From an uncultured Spirochaetota bacterium (GTDB taxonomy: Bacteria > Spirochaetota > Spirochaetia > SZUA-6 > CAVTHK01): 64,000 nt of DNA. Shown piece by piece: positions 21,364-31,913 of this stretch. The position numbers and the translations under genes were made by a program. The first letter of the stretch is position 1, and each line of letters starts with the position of its first letter. The stretch spans positions 224,001 through 288,000 of the forward strand of contig CAVTHK010000003.1 of NCBI GenBank assembly GCA_963734495.1, in the 5' to 3' direction. The notes below the pieces were generated by a model. That model was given only the letters and a program-made list of their open reading frames with translations, did no database searches and was not told where the DNA came from.

Positions 21364-21438
21364 GGTGGGTGTAGCTCAGGTGGTTAGAGCGCCAGCCTGT
21401 GGAGCTGGATGTCGTGGGTTCGAATCCCATTACCCACC
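21364..21438 (+). tRNA. tRNA-His (anticodon GUG)
   Basis: Encoded G-1; CCAGC-CT-GTG-GA-GCTGG; GGTTCGAATCC. Confidence 0.95.
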
Positions 21439-21466
21439 CTGTCGGCACGGCAGTGCCGGCGTACGT

Positions 21467-21540
21467 GCGCCTGTAGCTCAGCTGGATAGAGCGTCGGGCT
21501 TCGAACCCGAAGGTCGCAGGTTCGAATCCTGTCGGGCGTA
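21467..21540 (+). tRNA. tRNA-Arg (anticodon UCG)
   Basis: TCGGG-CT-TCG-AA-CCCGA; GGTTCGAATCC. Confidence 0.95.
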
Positions 21541-21543
21541 CTC

Positions 21544-21616
21544 GGGCCGTTAGCTCAGTTGGTAGAGCAGCAGACTCTTAATCTGCGGGTCGAAGGTTCG
21601 ACTCCTTCACGGCTCA
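21544..21616 (+). tRNA. tRNA-Lys (anticodon CUU)
   Basis: GCAGA-CT-CTT-AA-TCTGC; GGTTCGACTCC. Confidence 0.95.
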
Positions 21617-21653
21617 ACGGGGCGCAGGGCGCGGAAAGGCGTGACGCCCGAGG

Positions 21654-21683
21654 TTGACGCGGGTTTCCCGCCCGGAGTATAGT
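21654..21683 (+). promoter_or_regulatory. Sigma70 promoter of tRNA-Leu, tRNA-Gly and tig
   Basis: TTGACG-18bp-TATAGT. Confidence 0.7.
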
Positions 21684-21753
21684 TCCGGCGCGGCTCCCGG
21701 CCGGGCGCTGGGTCGACTGCGGGGCGTGTGAGTGCCTGCCGGGAACATCTCTC

Positions 21754-21835
21754 GCGAGAGTGGTGGAACTGGCAGACACGCTAGACTTAGGATCTAGTGC
21801 CGCGAGGCTTGAGGGTTCGAGTCCCTTCTCTCGCA
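21754..21835 (+). tRNA. tRNA-Leu (anticodon UAG)
   Basis: CTAGA-CT-TAG-GA-TCTAG; long variable arm; GGTTCGAGTCC. Confidence 0.95.
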
Positions 21836-21859
21836 AGGCAGGCGTGCGAAGGCAAACGT

Positions 21860-21931
21860 GCGGGAATAGCTCAGGGGTAGAGCGCCACCTTGCCAAGGTG
21901 GAAGTCGCGGGTTCGAGCCCCGTTTCCCGCT
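21860..21931 (+). tRNA. tRNA-Gly (anticodon GCC)
   Basis: GCGGGAA/TTCCCGC stem; CCACC-TT-GCC-AA-GGTGG. Confidence 0.95.
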
Positions 21932-22040
21932 CCTATTCCCAAAGGCGATCCGTCGTGATCGCCTTTTGTTTATCCGGGCGACGCCCGCGCGGGCGGCCGT
22001 GCGCGGGAGCGCGCCACTCGACGTGTCAGAGGAACGGCAT

Positions 22041-23390
22041 ATGCAGGCAAAAAGAGACATCGAGCTGCTCGACAACTCCTCGGTGCGATTGCGGATCACG
22101 CTCGGCGAGGAAGACGTGCAGAAGGAATACGACGCGGTGGTCAAGGAGTACACCGGCAAGCTGGCGCTCCCGGGATTCCGCCGCGGCAAGGTCCCGCCCG
22201 ACGTACTGATCCGCAAGTTCGGCGACACCCTCAAGGCCGAGGCCGCGCAGGCGCTCATCGAGAAGAGCCTCGGCGAGGCGCTGCCCGAGGTCGAGCACAA
22301 GCCGCTGCCGTACGCTCGTCCCGCGCTCAAGGACGAGTTCAAGCTCGAGCTCGGCAAACCGTTCGTCTTCGAGGTCACCTACGACACCTACCCGAAGATC
22401 GAGCTCGGGGAGTACAAGAACCTCGAGATCGAGGACCTGCAGGTCGAGATCGGCGACGAGGACATCGGGCGGGAGATGCAGGGCATCCAGCGGCAGAACG
22501 GGATCGTCGTGGACAAGCCCGAGGGCTCGAAGGTGGAAAAGGAAGACACGATCACCGTCGACTACGTCGAGGTCAGGGAGGACGGCGGCGAGGAAGCGAA
22601 GACCCGCCGCGAAGGCTTCACCTTCCAGGTAGGCTCCGGCTACAATCTCTACGGCATCGACGACGACGTGGCCGGCATGGCGAAGGGCGAGGAGCGGGTT
22701 CTCGAAAAGGAGTACCCCGCGGGCCACCAGTACAGCGACCTCGCCGGCCGCAAGGTGCGCCTCAAGGTCAAGGTCACGGCGCTCAAGCAGACTCAGCTTC
22801 CCGAAGTCAACGACGAGCTCGCGCAGGACGTGAGCGACCGCTTCCAGACGCTCGAGGACCTCAGGCAGGACATCCGCACCCGTCTCCAGCAGGCCGCGAA
22901 CGAGCGCCTCAGAGGGGTCAGGGTCGACCAGCTGATGAAGCAGATCGTGGCGGCTTCGAAGATCACGTTCCCCGCCTCCATGGTCGAGCGCGACCTGGAC
23001 CTGCGCTGGCACGAGTTCGTGCGCCGCATGGGCGGCAACGAGGACATGGTGACGCGCCTGCTCAAACGCGAGGGCAGAGCGGTCGAAGACCTGCTCGCCG
23101 AGTGGCGCCCGTCTGTCGAAGAGAGTATCAGGAGACGAGTGGCGATCCAGGAGATCGCGGATCGGGAGAAGGTCGAGGTCCCGGAGCAGGAGATCGACGA
23201 CGAGGTCCGCACCGCGGCCGAGGGGCAGAATCGCAAGCTCGACGACCTCAAGCGCGAGTACGAGCAGAGCGGGCTGCTCGCCGTGCTGCGCGAGGAGCGG
23301 CGTCTTGCCAAGGCCTACGACGTCCTGATCGCGTCGGCAAAGCTCAAGAAGGGCAGGAAGATGACCTTCGCGGAGCTTGCCCAGCCGTGA
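22041..23390 (+). CDS. tig: Trigger factor
   Basis: Ribosome-binding PGFRRGKVP motif; FKBP-like domain; upstream of clpP-clpX-lon. Confidence 0.95.
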   Translation: MQAKRDIELLDNSSVRLRITLGEEDVQKEYDAVVKEYTGKLALPGFRRGKVPPDVLIRKFGDTLKAEAAQALIEKSLGEALPEVEHKPLPYARPALKDEFKLELGKPFVFEVTYDTYPKIELGEYKNLEIEDLQVEIGDEDIGREMQGIQRQNGIVVDKPEGSKVEKEDTITVDYVEVREDGGEEAKTRREGFTFQVGSGYNLYGIDDDVAGMAKGEERVLEKEYPAGHQYSDLAGRKVRLKVKVTALKQTQLPEVNDELAQDVSDRFQTLEDLRQDIRTRLQQAANERLRGVRVDQLMKQIVAASKITFPASMVERDLDLRWHEFVRRMGGNEDMVTRLLKREGRAVEDLLAEWRPSVEESIRRRVAIQEIADREKVEVPEQEIDDEVRTAAEGQNRKLDDLKREYEQSGLLAVLREERRLAKAYDVLIASAKLKKGRKMTFAELAQP

Positions 23391-23491
23391 CGAGCCCCGG
23401 GGACGGCTGACGGCCTCGTTCGCGGAGGGGGTGGGTCGGACGCAACCTGGACTTTGGATAGGTGAATGGGTAAATTGACCGCGGAAACGCC

Positions 23492-24178
23492 ATGAAGAAC
23501 CTCTCTCAAGAGCTGATGATGCGCCTCAACCGCGCCAGAGCTCGGGCCCGCGCGAGGATCGAAGAGCAGGATAACAGCCTGGTCCCGATCGTCGTCGAGC
23601 AGAGCGGCGCCGGCGAGCGCGCATACGATATCTTTTCCCGGCTCCTCAAGGACCGCATCGTCTTTCTCGACGGCGAGATCCACGACGTGAGCGCCGATCT
23701 CGTGATCGCGCAGCTGCTGTTCCTCGAGAGCCAGGACCCCGAAAAGGACATCCAGGTCTACATCAATTCGCCCGGCGGCTCGGTGCTCGCCGGGCTCGCC
23801 ATCTACGACACGATGCAGTACATCAAGCCCGACATCCAGACCATGTGCCTGGGCCAGGCCGCTTCGATGGCCGCCCTTCTGCTGACCTGCGGCACGCACG
23901 GCAAGCGCTTCGCGCTGCCCTCCTCCCGCATCCTGATCCATCAGCCGTGGGGCGGCGTCGCGGGTCAGGCCGCCGACATCGGGCGGCAGGCGCGGGAGAT
24001 CCTGCGCCTGAAAAAGATGCTGCTCACCTACTTCGCCACGCACACGGGCAAGGACGAGGCGAAGGTTGCGGAAGATCTGGAGCGCGATACCTTCTTGTCT
24101 GCCGATGAGGCCAAAGAGTACGGCCTCGTCGACGAGGTGCTCGTGCGGAGGCGCGTCGAGGACAATGGCAAAAAGTGA
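23492..24178 (+). CDS. clpP: Clp protease proteolytic subunit
   Basis: [35 protein letters not shown]. Confidence 0.97.
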   Translation: MKNLSQELMMRLNRARARARARIEEQDNSLVPIVVEQSGAGERAYDIFSRLLKDRIVFLDGEIHDVSADLVIAQLLFLESQDPEKDIQVYINSPGGSVLAGLAIYDTMQYIKPDIQTMCLGQAASMAALLLTCGTHGKRFALPSSRILIHQPWGGVAGQAADIGRQAREILRLKKMLLTYFATHTGKDEAKVAEDLERDTFLSADEAKEYGLVDEVLVRRRVEDNGKK

Positions 24179-25407
24179 AGCCCAGAAGGTTTGCTCCTTC
24201 TGCGGGAAAAGCGCCGACATCGCGCGCCGGCTGATCGCGGGGCCGGGCGTCTACATCTGCGACGAGTGCGTCTACGTCTGCAAGAAGATCCTCGACGAGG
24301 AGGAAGACGTCATCTCGGGGGAATTCCTGCATGACCTGCCCACCCCCAAGGAGATCAAGTCCTTTCTCGACCAGTACGTGATCGGCCAGGAGAGCGCCAA
24401 GCGCGTGCTCTCGGTGGCCGTGTACAATCACTACAAGCGGATCTCCCGCGCGAACCCGGCCGAAGGCGACGTGGAGCTGGAAAAGTCCAACGTGCTCCTC
24501 ATCGGGCCCACGGGCACGGGCAAGACGCTGCTCGCCCGAACGCTCGCGCGCAAGCTGCGCGTGCCCTTCGCGATGGCGGACGCCACGACGCTGACCGAGG
24601 CGGGGTACGTCGGCGAGGACGTGGAAAACATCCTGCTCAAGCTCATCCAGAACGCGGGCAACAACATCCCGCTGGCCGAGCGCGGGATCGTCTACATCGA
24701 CGAGATCGACAAGATCGCCCGCAAGGGGGAGAACGTCTCCATCACCCGCGACGTCTCCGGGCGAGGGCGTGCAGCAGGCCCTGCTCAAGATCATCGAGGG
24801 CACCGTCGCCAACGTCCCGCCGCAGGGCGGGCGCAAGCACCCGAACCAGGAGATGCTGCGCATCAACACCGAGAACATCCTCTTCATCTGCGGCGGCGCG
24901 TTCGTCGGGCTGGACAAGATCGTGGAGCAGCGGACGGCCGAGCACCCGATGGGCTTCGGGGCCGACGTCAAGGGCCGGCGCGACCGCAAGCTCTCCGAGC
25001 TCTTCGCGAAGCTGCACCCGGACGACCTCATCAAGTACGGGATGATCCCCGAGTTCGTCGGCCGCGTCCCGATCGTCGTGGCCCTCGACGAGCTCAGCGA
25101 AGACACGCTGCGCCGCATCATCACCGAGCCGCGCAACGCCCTGGTCAAGCAGTACCAGGCCTCGCTCAAGCTCGACGGCGTCGAGCTGGAGTTCGAGGAG
25201 GAGGCGGTCGAGGCGATCGCGAAAAAGGCCATCGCGCGCCGCACCGGCGCCCGAGGCTTGCGCGCCATCGTCGAAGAGATCATGATGGACATCATGTTCG
25301 ACATCCCTTCGATCAAGGGCCGCAAGCGGGTCATGGTCACGCGCGACGTCGTCGAGAAGTCCGAGAAACCCGAGATCGTCGTGCTCGACAAGCGCAAGTC
25401 CGCCTGA
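24165..25407 (+). CDS. clpX: Clp protease ATP-binding subunit ClpX (1-nt insertion near 24760)
   Basis: C4 zinc finger [56 protein letters not shown]. Confidence 0.96.
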
Positions 25408-25473
25408 AAGCCCGCCGCATGACCCCCTTTGCCGGACGCGACCGATCCGGTCGGCCGTAAGGGACCCCAGCCG

Positions 25474-27933
25474 ATGGGCATCCTGCTCAAGAAGAACGAG
25501 CTCCCCCTGGTCCCGCTGAGGGACATCGTCGTCTTTCCCCGCATGATCGTTCCCTTCTTCGTGGGCCGCGAGCGCTCCGTCCAGGCGGTGGAGACCGCGA
25601 ACGCCCGCGGCCGCATGGTGTTCCTCGCGACGCAGAAGGACACGCAGGTCGACGACCCGGGAGTCGAGGACCTGCACGCCACCGGCACGGTGGCCCGCAT
25701 CCTGCAGATGCTCAAGCTCCCCGACGGGACGATCCGCGTCCTGGTCGAGGGGATGGAACGGGCGCAGCTCGTGAAGACCACGGACGCCCACGACTACATC
25801 GCGGCGCACGTCAAGCCCATCCGCGAGAGCGCCGAGGTCGGCTCGGAGGTTCAGGCGCTCATCCGCACCGTTCAGGGCGAGTTCAACCGCTACGTGGCCA
25901 TCAACAAGAAGGTTCCCGTCGACATCCGGGCGACGGTCGAGAAGGCCGCGGCGCCCGACGCCCTCGTGGACGTGATCGCCGCCAACATCCCCCTCAAGAT
26001 CGAGAAGAAGGTCGAGCTGCTCGCGCAAGCGGAGCCCGCGGCGCGCCTCGAGAGCCTCGCGGCCACCCTCTCGAGCGAGATCGAAGTGCTCGAGCTGGAG
26101 CGCAAGATCAACACCAAGGTGCGCCGGCGCCTCGAGAAGAGCCAGAGACAGTACTTCCTCAACGAGCAGCTCAAGGAGATCCAGAAGGAGCTCGGCCACG
26201 GCGACGAGGACCCGACGGGCGCAAAGGAGATCGAGGCCCGGCTCAAGGACAAGGGGCTCGCCGACGAGACGCTGCAGAAGTGCCTCAAGGAGGTCACGCG
26301 CCTCGCGCGGCTGCAGCCCATCTCGCCCGAGGCCGCGGTCTCCCGCACCTACCTCGAGTGGATCTGCGACCTGCCGTGGAAAGAGCTCTCGGAAGACAGC
26401 AAGGACATCGACAAAGCGCGCGAGATCCTCGACCAGGACCACTATGGATTGAAGAAGGTCAAGGAGCGGGTGCTGGACTTTGTCGCGGTCCGCCAGCTCA
26501 AGGACGTGGTCAAGGGGCCGATCCTCTGTTTCGTGGGCGCCCCCGGGACCGGCAAGACGTCTCTGGGCCGCTCGGTGGCGCGCTGCCTCAACCGCGAGTT
26601 CGTCCGCATCTCCCTCGGCGGCGTCCGCGACGAGGCCGAGATCCGCGGCCACCGCAAGACCTACATCGGCGCGCTGCCCGGAAAGATCATCCAGTCGATG
26701 CGCAAGGCCAAGACGCGCAACCCCGTGTTCCTGCTCGACGAGGTCGACAAGATGTCCAGCGACTTCAGGGGCGACCCGGCTTCGGCCCTGCTGGAAGTGC
26801 TGGACCCCGAGCAGAACGGAACCTTTGTCGACCATTACCTCGAGGTCCCGTACGACCTGTCGCACGTCATGTTCCTCACGACCGCGAACTCCGTGCACAA
26901 CATCCCCTACGCCCTGCGCGACCGGATGGAGGTCATCGAGATCTCGGGCTACACGGAGTTCGAGAAGGAGCGGATCGCGAGCCAGTTCCTCATCCCCAAG
27001 CAGATCGAGGAAAACGGCCTGGCGTGGGCCAAAGTCTCGTTCCAGAAGCCCGCGATCCACCGCCTGATCCGCGGATACACCATGGAGAGCGGCGTGCGGA
27101 ACCTCGAGCGCGAGGTGGCCAACATCCTCCGCAAGATCGCCCGCGACGCGGTCAAGGAGGGCGTGCAGACCACCGCGGAGAGCCGCGAGGCCTTCAAGGT
27201 CACCATCACGGAAAAGTCAATTGAAGGCTACCTCGGCAAGGAGAAGTTCCAGGAGTCGCAGTACGACCGAGAGCTCAAGCCGGGGCTCGCCTACGGGCTG
27301 GCCTGGACGGAGCTCGGCGGGGTGCTGCTGCCGGTCGAGGTCGCGCTCCTCAAGGGAAAGGGCGAGCTCTTCCTCACGGGGAGCCTCGGCGACGTGATGA
27401 AGGAAAGCGCCCACACGGCGCTCTCGTTCGTGCGCTCGCACGCGGCGGACTACGGGATCGGGGAGACCTTCCACGAGGACAGGGACATCCACATCCACGT
27501 GCCCGAAGGCGCGATCCCGAAGGACGGGCCTTCGGCCGGCATCACGATCACGGCCGCGCTCGTCTCGGCGCTGACCGGACGCATCGCGCGGCCGGGGCAC
27601 ACCATGACGGGGGAAATCACGCTGACCGGCCGCCTGCTCCCCGTCGGCGGCATCAAGGAGAAGGTGCTTGCCGCCCACCGCGCCGGCATGACGCACGTCC
27701 TGCTGCCGGAGCGCAACCGCAAGGACCTCGACGAGATCCCGGAGGAGGTGCTCTCCTCGGTCACGTTCGTGTTCGCCTCGTCCGTGGGCGAGGCGCTCGG
27801 CGCGCTCTTTCCGCCGGCCGAGGGGCCGCGCCCCGAGCCGGAGCCGGAGCACGCCGAGGGCGCGGCGGAGCGAGGCGGCGACCTTCCCCTGGAAGTCCTC
27901 GACGATGCGCCGGCGGCCCCTCCGCCGGTCTGA
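25474..27933 (+). CDS. lon: Lon protease
   Basis: [51 protein letters not shown]. Confidence 0.97.
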   Translation: MGILLKKNELPLVPLRDIVVFPRMIVPFFVGRERSVQAVETANARGRMVFLATQKDTQVDDPGVEDLHATGTVARILQMLKLPDGTIRVLVEGMERAQLVKTTDAHDYIAAHVKPIRESAEVGSEVQALIRTVQGEFNRYVAINKKVPVDIRATVEKAAAPDALVDVIAANIPLKIEKKVELLAQAEPAARLESLAATLSSEIEVLELERKINTKVRRRLEKSQRQYFLNEQLKEIQKELGHGDEDPTGAKEIEARLKDKGLADETLQKCLKEVTRLARLQPISPEAAVSRTYLEWICDLPWKELSEDSKDIDKAREILDQDHYGLKKVKERVLDFVAVRQLKDVVKGPILCFVGAPGTGKTSLGRSVARCLNREFVRISLGGVRDEAEIRGHRKTYIGALPGKIIQSMRKAKTRNPVFLLDEVDKMSSDFRGDPASALLEVLDPEQNGTFVDHYLEVPYDLSHVMFLTTANSVHNIPYALRDRMEVIEISGYTEFEKERIASQFLIPKQIEENGLAWAKVSFQKPAIHRLIRGYTMESGVRNLEREVANILRKIARDAVKEGVQTTAESREAFKVTITEKSIEGYLGKEKFQESQYDRELKPGLAYGLAWTELGGVLLPVEVALLKGKGELFLTGSLGDVMKESAHTALSFVRSHAADYGIGETFHEDRDIHIHVPEGAIPKDGPSAGITITAALVSALTGRIARPGHTMTGEITLTGRLLPVGGIKEKVLAAHRAGMTHVLLPERNRKDLDEIPEEVLSSVTFVFASSVGEALGALFPPAEGPRPEPEPEHAEGAAERGGDLPLEVLDDAPAAPPPV

Positions 27934-27936
27934 AGC

Positions 27937-28881
27937 TCAGGGCCTGTAGGTGAGGGTCCGCTCGAGGACGCGGACGATCTCGGCGCAGTACGCCCGCGCG
28001 ATCGATCGCTCGCCCGAGACCCGCTCGCTTTCGGCCTCGGATTCCAGCTTCGCGTAGATCCGGACCTCGCGCTGGAGCGCCTGCTCCCAGTCCGCCTTGT
28101 CGCCCGCCAAAGCCTCGAAGATCTCCCGGATCCTGTATTTCTCGTCGCTCGCGAAGGCCAGGGTCGATCGCGCGCGGGAGACTTTCTGGCTCTGATCGGT
28201 GAGCGTGGGGACGATCTGCGGGAGCTTGACGGCCGCGAGGATCGGCCTGGCCTCTTCGACCTCGGGCGTCTCCTCTTTGATGAGGGCGCTGTAGCTGCGC
28301 TTGATCTTGTCCACGATGTCCGCGAAGGTCTTGCGGTAGTTCCCCTGGAAGGTCTCGCGCGCTTCCGGCTTGATGGTGGGAAGCAATTTTTGCATGTTTT
28401 CGCGCTCACGACGCAGCTGGCCGGCCTGAAGCTGGATGTTTTTGACATTTGGGTTATTCCCGAGCTCCGGCGTCCGCTGGATCCGTTCGTTGATGTCGCG
28501 CAGGATCGGGGTCAACTCGAACGTTTCGGGGGCGATGCCCTGGTCCGGGGGTTTTTCGCGGGCGACCTTGAGAATCCCTTCGGCTATCTGTCGCTGGATG
28601 AGCATCGCGAAGAGGAGCGCATTCGTGTACGCGAACTGGCGACGGACCTCGTCGAGCGCGGGCGCGCGGAAGCGCGAGCCTTCGAGCAGGCCGAACAGGG
28701 GCGCCAGGGCCGCTCTCTTGTACTCGACGATCCCCTGCTCAACGGCAAACTCTAGCTTTTCGATCTGAATTCTCACCTGCTCGGGCGGGACCTGGAAATA
28801 GCCGTCAAGCGTGTCGTAGGCCTTTGCCGCCTCGCGTATGTCGATCCAGTCCCCCGCGACCCTCTTCTCGAGGCCTTCCAT
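27937..28881 (-). CDS. Hypothetical helical/coiled-coil protein (314 aa)
   Basis: Clean ORF; upstream TTGAAC-18bp-TACATT promoter. Confidence 0.8.
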   Translation of the reverse strand: MEGLEKRVAGDWIDIREAAKAYDTLDGYFQVPPEQVRIQIEKLEFAVEQGIVEYKRAALAPLFGLLEGSRFRAPALDEVRRQFAYTNALLFAMLIQRQIAEGILKVAREKPPDQGIAPETFELTPILRDINERIQRTPELGNNPNVKNIQLQAGQLRRERENMQKLLPTIKPEARETFQGNYRKTFADIVDKIKRSYSALIKEETPEVEEARPILAAVKLPQIVPTLTDQSQKVSRARSTLAFASDEKYRIREIFEALAGDKADWEQALQREVRIYAKLESEAESERVSGERSIARAYCAEIVRVLERTLTYRP

Positions 28882-29218
28882 GACGGTTGAGAATGTACCA
28901 GCGGGTTTGCGCGTTGTTCAAGCGGGCGCCGGCGGGGCCGCTGTCGCGCAGGGCGTCCTTCGCGCCGCCGGCCCTTTTTTGGCGGGACGCCACTTGCATT
29001 TCCGCCCAGCTATGATAGAATCCCCGTGTTCATGGCAGCGAAACAGAATCTGCAAGCTGTTTCGATCTCGTGCGGCGACTCGGACGTCGCGCGAGCCACC
29101 ACTACCTCAGCGACGAAAGGAGGTGCATCTGGCGCTTGACAACCGTCAAAAGGTACCCGATAGTAAGGGTCGCAAGAGCCGTTGGCTCTCAATAGAACAA
29201 CATAGGAGGAAGGGTAGT

Positions 29219-30441
29219 ATGAGAAGGCTGCTGTTTCTTGCGCTGTTCGCAGCGCTGGTGGCAGGAGTGAGCTTCGGCCAGCCGGCGATCACTGGCATGT
29301 TCCAGTACGGCGTGTACAGTGACTTCCAGAAGACGCCGGAGCAGGCGCTGTACGGCAAACTGATCATCACGGAGCCGCTCGACAAGTTCAGCACCATCGT
29401 CTTCAGGTTCCGGTGGAAGGACCTGAACTTCGTCAACGGCGAGGCCATCGTCACCGCACCGGCCGTGCCGGCGAACCCGACGGTCGTCAGCCCTGACTGG
29501 GACATCGATCGCTTCTACATCTCGACGGACGTGACCGGAGCTCTGGGAGTCACCGGCAACGTGACCATGAAGCTTGGCTTCGGGTTCCAGGATCCGAACG
29601 GCGCCGACCTGACTGGCGGCATCTCGCCCTTCGAGGTTGCTGACCTGTCCGGAAACGATGTCGGCGGCGGCAGCCAGGCGACGATCTTCCCGGTGTTCAC
29701 CTTCAACAAGATGGTCAACATCGGCGCGATCATCGCTCCGGGCCAGTTCAACAAGGACCCGTCGAATCCTCGTTGCCCAGAACAAGCAGGGCTACGAGAT
29801 CTTCGCCAACGGCGGCCAGGGCCCGGTCATGGCCGAAGCCGGCTTCGGCAACCTCTACTCGACGCCGGGCGGCGGCGCTCGCGAACAACGGCGAAGTCCT
29901 CAGGTTCATCTGGGGCGCTGCCAACTACAAGGCGACCCAGGGTGACCTCGCCTACGCGCTGGCGGTCAACGGGCAGTACAACCTGAACAGCGATGGCGCC
30001 GGGTTCATGCTCCGCAACCACTACGCTGCGGCTGCTGATGACGGCTCGGACGTCAACTGGGGCGTCGGTGTCGCGGCCAGCGTCACCTACCAGAAGAACT
30101 ACACTGCCAAGGTCGGCCTTGTGGGAATCGATGGCGCTCCGGTGGACCGTGCGGAAGCCCAGCTCATCGTGGTCGCCGATCCCAAGGTCACCTTTGATGC
30201 GGGTGCGGTCTTCAACCTGAACAGCGACTACACCAACGGCACCGGCGCGGACATGCTCAACGACTTCACCGTTGCTGCGACCATCAACCTCGGGCTCGCG
30301 AACTTCCGCATCGGCTACCTGTACATCGACATGAACGCGCCCTACTCGGTCATGTCGGATGACATCGGCCGCATCGGTGACGTGAACGGCAAGGCCTACC
30401 CCAGCTCGGGTGCCTTCATCGAGACCATCATCAACTTCTAA
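29219..30441 (+). CDS. Putative major outer-membrane beta-barrel (porin-like) protein (indels near 29770 and 29875)
   Basis: Signal peptide MRRLLFLALFAALVAGVSFG; strong RBS AGGAGG; amphipathic beta pattern; terminal aromatic signature GAFIETIINF*; has its own terminator. Confidence 0.75.
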
Positions 30442-30467
30442 CCTGACGTCACGCGAATCGTGATCGT

Positions 30468-30498
30468 GGGCCACCCGAAAGGGTGGCCCTTTTCTTTG
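30468..30498 (+). terminator. Rho-independent terminator
   Basis: GGGCCACCC-GAAA-GGGTGGCCC followed by TTTTTCTTT. Confidence 0.92.
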
Positions 30499-30520
30499 TC
30501 TCGCGCGGTCCGCGTGGGCC

Positions 30521-30570
30521 GTGCGGATCGCTACGGATCGGGGCGGATCTGTGGGGATCGGTAAGGATCG
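30521..30570 (+). repeat. Five 10-bp units NNNNGGATC(G/T)
   Basis: gtgcGGATCg ctacGGATCg gggcGGATCt gtggGGATCg gtaaGGATCg. Confidence 0.85.
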
Positions 30571-30580
30571 CGGCGCCCTG

Positions 30581-30610
30581 TTGCTTCTGAGCGCGGCCGG
30601 CTGTTATGAT
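30581..30610 (+). promoter_or_regulatory. Sigma70 promoter with extended -10 for the lipoprotein gene
   Basis: TTGCTT-18bp-TATGAT with TGn extension; ATG 8 nt downstream. Confidence 0.65.
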
Positions 30611-30618
30611 GGGGACCT

Positions 30619-31207
30619 ATGAAACGCTACTGGCTATGGGCCGCGGCGGCTGTCGCCGCGCTGGGCCTGGCGGCCTGCGATTCGGTGCCGCCCCCCGCCG
30701 CGCAGGACTCGCCGCTGAAGACCGTTCGCCGGGACGCTTACTTTGCCGTCGTCCGCTTCATGGATGAAGGCTCGCTCAAGGCCAAGTACCCGCGCGTCAA
30801 CCCGTTCATCTCATTCGAGAGGAAGCTGACGCCGACGCGCTTCATGGTCTTCAAGCTGAACTGGGAGGAAGTCAAGCGGCCGATCGTGCTCCGGATCGAG
30901 GACATGCAGTTCCGTCTGTCCAGCGTCAACGGCGCCCCCGTGGCCATTTTCCAGCTCAAATCGTACTGGGAGGTCGTCGACGACCAGATCGCGGACCGCT
31001 CCTCCGGGGACAAGATCGAGCGCGAGAGGCTCATCGACAGCGAGATGATGCCGAACGAGATCAAGATACCGGCGGGGGGCCGCTACAGCGGGCTCGTTGT
31101 GTTCAGCGCCAACTACCCCGCCATGGGCGACGGCCAGCTGACCATTCAGGTCCTCGACGAGAACAAGCAGCCGCTTCGACCGGATCGAGCTGCCATTCAA
31201 GTTCTGA
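30619..31207 (+). CDS. Hypothetical lipoprotein (probable indel near 31175; likely true end FDRIELPFKF* at 31207; ORF track ends 31266)
   Basis: MKRYWLWAAAAVAALGLAAC lipobox. Confidence 0.75.
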
Positions 31208-31301
31208 TCGGCGACGCCGCAGACCCTTCGCGCGCTGCAAGTCAACGCGATTCGCGTCCCCGTTGAACTGGGGTGAACCCTATCTCAACGGAGGTGCGAG
31301 G

Positions 31302-31718
31302 ATGAACAACCTCAACTCGGTGCTGATCGAAGGCAATCTCACCCGGGATCCCGAGCTCAGCTACACGGGCAAGGGCACGGCGGTGGTCAAGCTGGGCGTG
31401 GCCAACAACCGCTGGTTCAAGCAGGAAGACGAGCTTCAGAAGGAAACGTCGTTCTTCGACGTCACCGTCTGGGGGCGGCAGGCCGAGGTCTGCGAGCAGT
31501 ACCTCAAGAAGGGCCGCGGCGTGCGGGTGGTCGGCAGGCTCAGGCAGGACCGGTGGCAGGATCCGGAAGGGAACCCGCGCTCGAAGGTCGAGATCGTCGC
31601 CGAGCACGTGGAGTTCAGGCCCGAGCGCAAGAACGGCAACGGCGAGGGCCAGGACGAAAGCGAGCCCGCCGCCGCGGAGGCGGAGGCCGCGCCTTCACAG
31701 GCGAGCGTGCCGTTCTAG
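31302..31718 (+). CDS. ssb: Single-stranded DNA-binding protein
   Basis: MNNLNSVLIEGNLTRDPEL..YLKKGRGVRVVGRL; acidic tail ending VPF; RBS GGAGGTG. Confidence 0.95.
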   Translation: MNNLNSVLIEGNLTRDPELSYTGKGTAVVKLGVANNRWFKQEDELQKETSFFDVTVWGRQAEVCEQYLKKGRGVRVVGRLRQDRWQDPEGNPRSKVEIVAEHVEFRPERKNGNGEGQDESEPAAAEAEAAPSQASVPF

Positions 31719-31876
31719 AAGCGGGTCCGCCGCTGCCCTGACACGGCGCGCCGGCTGCGCGCCCGCCTTGCGACGCCCGAAGGGAGGCCGGCTCGCCGGC
31801 GGCCTCCCGCGGCCCGTTTCCCCGCGTTCGGGCCCGCCACGCGCCGACTCGCGTCGACGCCCGCCGGCGCCTCGCG

Positions 31877-31905
31877 TTGACACCTGCGGAACGATTGGCT
31901 AACCT
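31877..31905 (+). promoter_or_regulatory. Sigma70 promoter (leaderless-type spacing) of the hypothetical-trxA operon
   Basis: TTGACA-17bp-TAACCT; ATG 8 nt downstream with no SD. Confidence 0.7.
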
Positions 31906-31913
31906 TTGCCCCT

